This document shows positions 55,601 through 64,000 of a stretch of 64,000 nucleotides of DNA, piece by piece. Source of the stretch: Octopus vulgaris (lineage: Eukaryota); contig OX597817.1 of assembly GCA_951406725.2 (NCBI GenBank), positions 7,068,001 through 7,132,000 on the forward strand, written 5' to 3'. Within the stretch, counting starts at the first letter, position 1. Every line of letters begins with the position of its first letter. The notes below the pieces were generated by a model. That model searched no databases. It was not told the origin of the DNA and was given only the letters and a program-made list of their open reading frames with translations. A program made the position numbers and the translations under genes.

Positions 55601-55756
55601 CAATGCTCCGCAACCTTTTCGCACTTGCGGTACACTTAAATTCTTTTCAAACTTCGGCTGCACACCTTATATATAGGGGGAAAATATATTCAGATTAAAC
55701 TGCTGCACACCTAGCATCGTCTCGTGGCACACTAGCCTTCTGCTGCATACCCGTTG
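55601..55756. mobile_element. Decayed hAT-type MITE
   Basis: Begins caatgctccgcaacctttt and contains repeated (g/c)gcacac subterminal motifs; right end eroded. Confidence 0.35.
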
Positions 55757-57262
55757 GTTAGCGTGTTGCAGTCTCTATCTGGCGATCGCATCGTGTTTCG
55801 TTAAAGATATATGGCGTTGTACCATACAGATTTGATTATGAAGCGCTAGCTGATACCCCTGGTCTTCCTGATCACGTTTCTTAGATTTTCACACCTTTGA
55901 GCTGCCTCTTTATGCTTTCTATACATTTGACACTATATCGCCGGGTAATACTCTCTCTGAGGTACACTAGTTCAGAACCATAATCAGTGATCACTTCATT
56001 GCAAGCCATAGGATCTCGAACATCGCACTATACAATTTCATATTCCATTTCTTACATACTTCGTAAAACCACACGTTTCAGTAAGAATTTCAATTCCCAC
56101 ATAGAAAATTTAGAAATAGTGGAGGATAGTATATTACATTGTCTCTTGAAGATGCGTGTACATACACAGGGGGAGAGAATTTATATACTTTTATATATGT
56201 GTGTTTGTGTGCGTATGTGTATTGTATACCTGTTGCTATATATGCGTGATTTTACGCATGTGTGTCTATATGTATGTGTGTATGTGTTCAAACATGCATG
56301 CACTAAAATATATGTAGTAAATATAAAGTGAAAATATGCGTTTGGTAGATAGTCATCAAACAAGGGAGACAAACAGAAAAAAGAGATAGCTTAGATTGAG
56401 AGAGAGAGAGAGAGAAAGACAGAGAAAGAGAGAGAGAGACAGAGAAGTAGACAAAGGATATTATATAGGCTTAGTACTATATAAATGTGATTCTTTTTGA
56501 ATGTACGTGTTCAAGAGAATATTTATTGGATTGCGAAAGAAAGAAAAGTTGGAATAGACAAACCACTATAACATTGACTCATAATGCACAAGATATATTA
56601 AAACAAGATGAAAGTTTGCCCATTATATCAAATATTGCTTTGGCAGTTAGCCACCTCTGAATTACAGTTAGGTGTAAACGTTTACCAACAACAAAGAGGT
56701 GTCAGACTACAGAAGATTGATTAAAAACACAGGAACACATTTCATATGTAAAGACGTACACACACCACAAAAATCTTGACTACATCTCAATACACACGTG
56801 TCATCATCCAAGCAATTTCATATGCACGCAAATGTATTGAAGCACGTGCATGCACATTCAGACACAAGCGCATATGCATGCACACACACACACACACACA
56901 CCTGTTGAAAAGTGATTATACTTCAGTTGAAGCTTGTTCTTTTTTACATAAAACAACTATATCAATATATGTGTATGCGCTTGTGTATATACATACATAA
57001 ATGAAAACATACACACACACACACATATATATACATGCCCCTCCCCCGCACGCACACATACTCATATACACATACACACATATATAAATGCAGTAATATA
57101 CCACATTAGCGTTTAGAAGAATTTGCGGTATATACTGGATGCATAAATATCTATTTGTATATATATATATATATATATAGATATACATATAGATAGAGAT
57201 AGAGATAGAGATAGAGATAGAGATAAATATAGATATATATACGTATATATCTATATCTATCC

Positions 57263-57342
<80 letters not shown>

Positions 57343-58469
57343 CTCTCAATATATATATATATAGTTCCACTTTACAGAAAACAAAAGACGAAGACAGGTG
57401 AGGGAACAAGAAGAGGTGTTAGTTTGATGATCGAGGAAAAACGGAAAAGTCTTTGACGCTTCGAGCCTACGATCATATGCATGTGTGTGTGTGTGCGTGC
57501 GTGTGTGTAATCCTATACATATATCCGCCAACATATCTGTATACACGCTCACTCACATACGCTGACCTACACATATATTTGTAATAATTTCCCAAGTAGT
57601 ATCTAAGTGTTGATGTGTGCGCGTGCTCAGGCGCGGTCGTGTGTATGTGTTTGTGTATGTGCGTGCGCGTTCGTGTCTGTATATGTGTGAATATGCGTAT
57701 TTTGTCATAAGCATATGTCTATAGATTTCTATACTTGTGTCCCTGTGTGTCTCTGTATGTTTGTAGTCTTTATATATATATATATATGCACTCATCTCAC
57801 GTTTTTCATTCTTCGATATATGTATTGGTGTGCGAATAATGATGAACATATTACATAGACACATTGGTTATGAATGAATTTGGAGAGTAATAATTCAGAT
57901 CTTGTGAAGCTGATAAATATTTGAATATGATTTACTATTTAGCTTCTTTGGGTCGACGGGGGAATTATGTCTAAATTTAAACTGCATCGCTGACTTCCTC
58001 GTTACAGGGATGTTTATCGTAATTCTACACGGCTTCCAATCGAGATGTTCGCATTCAAACGAACAATTTGGATGTCACTGTCGCGGTCAGATCTTGCAGA
58101 TATTAAAAATAAATCTGTATCGCTATCTTTATACAGGAAGAATGAAGTTTTTTCCTCCCTCAATTGAATGTGGTTACAAGTTCTTTAGCCATCATAAAAG
58201 ATTAATTGCGATTTAGAGCCAAGTTAAACATACGTCCCAAGATACTCTTATAATGATTTCCTCCTACATCATTTTTTTTTCATACATATCATATAGATAA
58301 CCATGTTTCCTAATGTCACTCAAATGGTCAGTACGATCGCGAGATGTTTGAGGGAGATCTTATTGCTATTTTGATTAAGTGGACCAATCACTTACAAGTT
58401 CTCTCGCTAATCTTGCTTGTATACATTCACATCACAGGTGATATAAAATGTCCACTGCGTGATGTGTTA

Positions 58470-58862
58470 TCTTTATATATAAAAGAGAGGTTGTATGCTG
58501 TCTGTCTCCTACGATTTAGATTCCTAACTACTCCCACATTTTGGGGTGCAGTTTAACCAAAACCGGGTATCTTATAGTCGTGATTCATATCGAGCCCTTC
58601 TGGGTATTAGCGCGCGTCTACGATGAGTCTACGATTTAAAAAAAAATTACCATCAATTTTTCCCATTTTTCATTCATTTCTGGCATATATAAGGGAAGTA
58701 ACACTCTAAAAATTTATTATTAAATCTCAGAACTTAAAAAGCTACAGTAACAACCCCTTTGTGGTTAGCCATATTGAGATGGCTATTATACTTTACATCT
58801 CTAAAAATGCTTATATAGTTATTTCCCTTACAAACTCGAGCAACGCCGGGCGAAACTGCTAG
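58470..58862 (+). mobile_element. Non-autonomous Helitron
   Basis: A|TC start, hairpin ctcgagcaacgccggg, CTAG|T end; 5' body nearly identical to the 39368 copy. Confidence 0.85.
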
Positions 58863-59694
58863 TTACTAATAAATTTGAAAATAATTTCTTGACATGATGT
58901 TTTCGGTTAGGTTCCAACGGTAAAAAAAATTCCCACCTGTACCTCGTGAAAGGATACGCAAACCGTTGTTCAGCATCAGTCATCTGGATCATTACGACGT
59001 AACAAAATATATTTTCTCTGAAGTATAAACTCTATTTTCAATTAATTTATGTTTACAAGATATAACTATCGTTCCGTTGACAAAATATGACGAGGTATAT
59101 GCGGTGACGTTAAATATTTGACCAGAATTTCATTTGTTAGCCATGAATTTTTCGTAACTTTAGGCGAAATTCGCGTTTAGGAATTTTGGTGCTTATGCAT
59201 CAAACTGATGCAATAAAATAAATTATTTCTGACAGGAATTGCAAGAGAACAGCGAATGCCATTTATTGAATGCCTTTACTTTCATAAACAAGACATCAGC
59301 TACTAAATTTTCTGTATTTGGCAAAAATAATGTCTTAGAGACACAGAAAGAAAAGTGATTGGGTCTTTCGATATTTTAGTGGTTCTTTTATGATAAATAT
59401 TTAATGCAGGAAATAAAGTATATCGGAATACCCGGAAATCCAAACCAGATGTAATGTACCATTTATTGTATTTCTAGATAAAAGCTATATCCGAATCTGC
59501 TGAAGGGAAACAAAATGATTACTCATGCGGAGAGGATGACTAATATCATAGGAAGTAGTGACTTTCAACAAGCTATAAGCATGCTAGGCATACAATTACG
59601 AATACAGAACCACACACAGTAACTCACCCACTCATTCACATCCTCGCTGTCTTTCTTCTTTTTCTCACTCATATATATATATATGTATATATAT

Positions 59695-59965
<271 letters not shown>

Positions 59966-60892
59966 ATATGTTTCTTTATTAGCCACACAGGGCTGCACAC
60001 AGATAGAACAAATTACAAGGTAGAGCTTTTCTTTTGAAGGTTTAAAAAATAAAAAAAATAAAAAATAAAAAAATAAAATAAAAATAAAATAAAAAGGGGG
60101 GTCGATCAAAAGGGATCGTAAAAGGAGAGAAAGAGGACAAAAAAAAAGGGGGGGTTAAAAAAAAAGGGGGAGAGGAAAAAAATTGATCAATAGGGATCGT
60201 TATCACAGAAATGTCAATATGAAGTGTAAAGGGGAGGACAGGTGAGGTTTACCCGTGGAAAGAAAAGCCTACGGAAAAGACCACGGTAACCTCGGTCAAT
60301 GAAGTCACATGTTATATTTCTTTTTTTTTTTTTTTTTTTTTTTGCAAATAAGCAACTCTCTGTATTAATTTTTACGGTTCATAGAATCATAGTCAAGGTG
60401 GCTTCGTCATTCATACGTGCCATCCTTGCTACATTCACCCATCTTTTTTTAAAACATTCACTAGACAAAACTTGCCTCTCTACTCTCACTTTTTTCTTCA
60501 AGTGATACTTGAAGAAGTTGATGAGAGATTGACCAGAGAGGAAAGTGTTTGTCTCTAATCCTTTCAGACGCGTCCACCAGATACATTCTTTCGCCATAGC
60601 CACAAGTATGATAAAAATAGCTCTTCCTTCCCGTTTGAAGGAAGGAGGCGTGACGATATTAACGATAGACTCGGCTGATAAACCGACACGTCCCACACGT
60701 GACAGCAGTCGTTCGACATAAGCCCACAGGTGGGAAATTGCTGGACACTGCACGATTGCGTGCAGAGCGGTTTCGTCGCTCTGCCCGCATCTCGGGCAGG
60801 TCGGCCCCGTGTTTCTCGAGCCATGCCTATAGAGCTTATCCCGAACGGGTAGCGCTTCTCGGTAGCACCGCCAGGCCAGGGATCTCTGGAAA
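59966..60892 (-). mobile_element. 5'-truncated Tx1/L1-clade LINE (zf-RVT C-terminus and 3' UTR) inserted in (GATA)n
   Basis: Uninterrupted frame 60892-60379: FQRSLAWRCYREALPVRDKL...CPRCGQSDETALHAIVQC...LW...AKECIWWTR (CCHC finger typical of L1/Tx1 ORF2); the 3' UTR ends in aataaagaaac. Confidence 0.88.
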
Positions 60893-60911
60893 TAGATAGA
60901 TAGATAGATAT

Positions 60912-61000
<89 letters not shown>

Positions 61001-61293
61001 TGTTTAGAACTAGACATGCTCCATGTAGAAGACACGCAGTAGTGCAGAAATGAATTATACTGCAACTCCGAACACTTCATCCAGGACCAGGACCAGGCCC
61101 ACGTCTTGAAGAGTGGCTATGAGAGAAATCCCTGTGTGTGTCTCTTTCTCTGGTTCCCTATCTCTGTTTATATATCTACATACATATACATATGTGTGTG
61201 TGTGTGTGTGTCAACCCCAGTTGTGCGTATATGTACATCACTACCTTTCTCTTTCACTCTCTCTATGTATATATATATTTGTATATGTATATG

Positions 61294-61348
<55 letters not shown>

Positions 61349-61499
61349 ATATATGTATCTGTATGTATGTGTGTGTATGTATATGTCTGCTTGCGTGTGT
61401 TTGTGCCTATGTATTTATACATATTACAACATGGCATACCGCGTGTACAGACGCACTCGTATACATATAGATGTATCTGAACATGCAGAGACTCATGAT

Positions 61500-61529
61500 T
61501 ATTACTACTACTACTACTACTACTACTAC

Positions 61530-61606
<77 letters not shown>
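61500..61606. repeat. (CTA)n(AAT)n microsatellite
   Basis: Directly visible. Confidence 0.95.
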
Positions 61607-61607
<1 letters not shown>

Positions 61608-62577
61608 TTACCCGATGGTCAGCAAATGCCTTTTCGGTTTAAGCTCTAGTTTATCGCTCCTCCAGTGATAATGTGACCATCACCAGTTTACGTAATCCTG
61701 ATAGACCGATTTACCTATCATAAGGCAATTTAGTCAATTAGTGCAGTTAATAAAATCAAAGTGCGTAAAAAAGTTTGAAAATCACATTGTACTAAAAAAA
61801 TGCACATGCAGATTTTAAGCCAACCTCGTTCTTCATAGACATGTAAACAACTTGATTTCATGTAAAATACTCTCATAGTCAGAAGAAAAAAATCTCACTA
61901 AGACTGTTTTCCAAAGTTTTGCAGGGTTTTGTTTTAACTCTAGATATTGTCTATAAATAGCATGCTTCATTTCATATCCTTCACCTCGACTCAATCACGA
62001 TCGATTTTGACTTTATTTTCGTACAATATTGATAAGAATGGGTACTTGCCAATATACCCGAGGCGATTAGATAATCAACAAAACCCCCTTCAAAGTGGTC
62101 CACCATCATGCCGAAACCAAATGACTGAATTCTGTGAAAGACTGAATAATTATAGAAATATATTATCGGAATTAAGTTTCCAATGGAAGTACGCAGTGTG
62201 CTTAAAGAGTTAAAAAAAAAAACACATTAGCTATACTCTCTGTGTTCATCCGAAAACTCACATATACCTCTCGATTTATTCTATTATTAGTCCTCACACT
62301 TAGACTACGTTACGTTCAACAGATCTACTAAGACCCAAATATATACGTGTATATGTGTGTGTATGTGTGTGTGTGCGTGTGTGTGTGTGTGTTTCAATAT
62401 TTAGAAGTAATACAATGACTTACGGTAGGAGTGTTTCGTGCTTTGGCACTAATCTCTTTGATAAGTGCCAACGCACGAAATTCTCGGACCTTGAAACACC
62501 TACTTCTGCAAAATATTGATAAAAAATATACTTACACTCATATTTTGAGTTCTATTTTTCCTGTCTCCATCAACATA

Positions 62578-62628
<51 letters not shown>

Positions 62629-64000
62629 ATATAATATAATATAATATAATATAATATGATATAAATAATATATATACATATATACACACATATATATGTA
62701 TGTACATATGCATATAAGGGTACAGGGGGAATACGAAATACGAAAACATGGAATATGAACATTGTTTTACGAACAACGAAAGAAACAACTGGAAAACAAG
62801 ACAAACAACATAAAGAACGACCCTCCATCAGTTGTCGGCTGTTTTTCTACTCCGTATTTGGAGAAAAAAGGAGGCGGTCACAAGTTTGGATAATTCTTTA
62901 TTATTAGTATTTTCGATCGTTTAAACAAACTTTTCATTATAAGAATTAAATTCAAAATGATAACGATAAAAACAAAGCGTTTCCAAAATTCTGACGGCCT
63001 CCCTTTTTCTCTACAAACAATATCTGTACGCCACTTCAAACGCTATATATAGCAGGCATGCAGGCAGAACGTTTAATTTAGACATGGCCTGAGCCAATAC
63101 TGGCCGAAACTTAGCTAAGCATCTAAGTATTTTACAGGGTTTCGCGGTGGGAGCGCTAAGTAGTGATGTGTATAAGTACAAAGTTATTTCTAGTTCAGAT
63201 ATGTATGGGACATATTCCAACGCTTAAGAAAGCCATTCCCTGTGTTTCTTTTTCTTGCTGTAGACATACACCAGTCTCAGATGGCAGCGCCAATTGCCAG
63301 ACTGAAGGATGCAAGCATTACGGAGCGGTACACTCTTCTCCAGCTAGAGAAACCGGACATGGTGCGCTGCGAGGTGGTAGGAGAGATTGTCTCTCTTATA
63401 ATATCCTTGTCATCGTGCAGTGATTAGTAGCGCAAATAGGCGACTCACCGCAAAGAAATTACAGGGCAGTTAAACAGTACTGTGTACAGATATGAGGTTA
63501 TTACTAGTATATATATATATGTGTGTGTGTGTGTATGTCTACATATACATAATGTACGCATGTGTGAATGTATGTATGTATCTATATATGTCTGCATGTA
63601 TGTATATATCTATGAATTTATGTGTATGAATACCGTTGTCACTCTCAGTCACAGAACTAGATTCACTCACTACTACATTCCGTATATAATTAAAAACAAT
63701 TGTTAATTAATATTTTGATTGTTTCATCTGCCCTTTTTTTTTTTTACCAGAATTGGTAATTTAAATAATATTTGTTCTCACCAATAATTAAACAATAATC
63801 AAAATTCTTTAGTTTATTATTACATCACTTCTGCCAGCATCCACATTATTAAATTTGTTGTATGCATTTGCCTTTGTATTTTTGATAGAAACGTAACGAA
63901 GGTTAGATGTACGGTATGCCGAAAGAAACGAGTTTTTGCTAATTACTATAATAATTATGGCAGTGAAGATTTTGAAAATTACTATGGTAACCTAGCTTCT

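Noticed and set aside
57370-57475. Repeat fragment with gacgcttcgagcctacg, a possible hammerhead half
   Set aside because: Truncated and mutated; the core cannot be reconstructed from this window.
60893-61080. N-terminal part of the 233-aa ORF
   Set aside because: Read-through of (TATC)n and flank; only 60379-60892 is LINE-derived.
62715-62862. Repeat-like segment with minus-strand ctgatgg
   Set aside because: Core mismatch and no matching GAAA/GUH.

Overview
AT-rich, microsatellite-saturated eukaryotic DNA. The SINE families and repeat landscape resemble an octopus/coleoid cephalopod genome (inference). No intact host protein-coding gene is recognisable, and almost all ORFs in the track are translations of (TA)n, (CA)n, (TATG)n and similar repeats. 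The window is a patchwork of decayed mobile elements: a DD36E Tc1/mariner transposon; LINE fragments of the CR1, RTE, HERO-like and Tx1/L1 clades; a Penelope-like GIY-YIG endonuclease remnant; three non-autonomous Helitrons; and several tRNA-derived SINE families. The most notable signal is a set of about eight short (140-600 bp) non-coding cassettes from several sequence families. Each is embedded in (TA)n, carries an intact or decayed minimal type I hammerhead ribozyme (or is homologous to a copy that does), and often has fold-back arms. In one case the apex of a perfect 65-bp palindrome lies within 1-2 nt of the ribozyme cleavage site predicted from a sister copy. Together with the Penelope endonuclease remnant, this suggests a Penelope-mobilised, retrozyme-like system. 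All calls were made by eye; no searches or folding programs were run.
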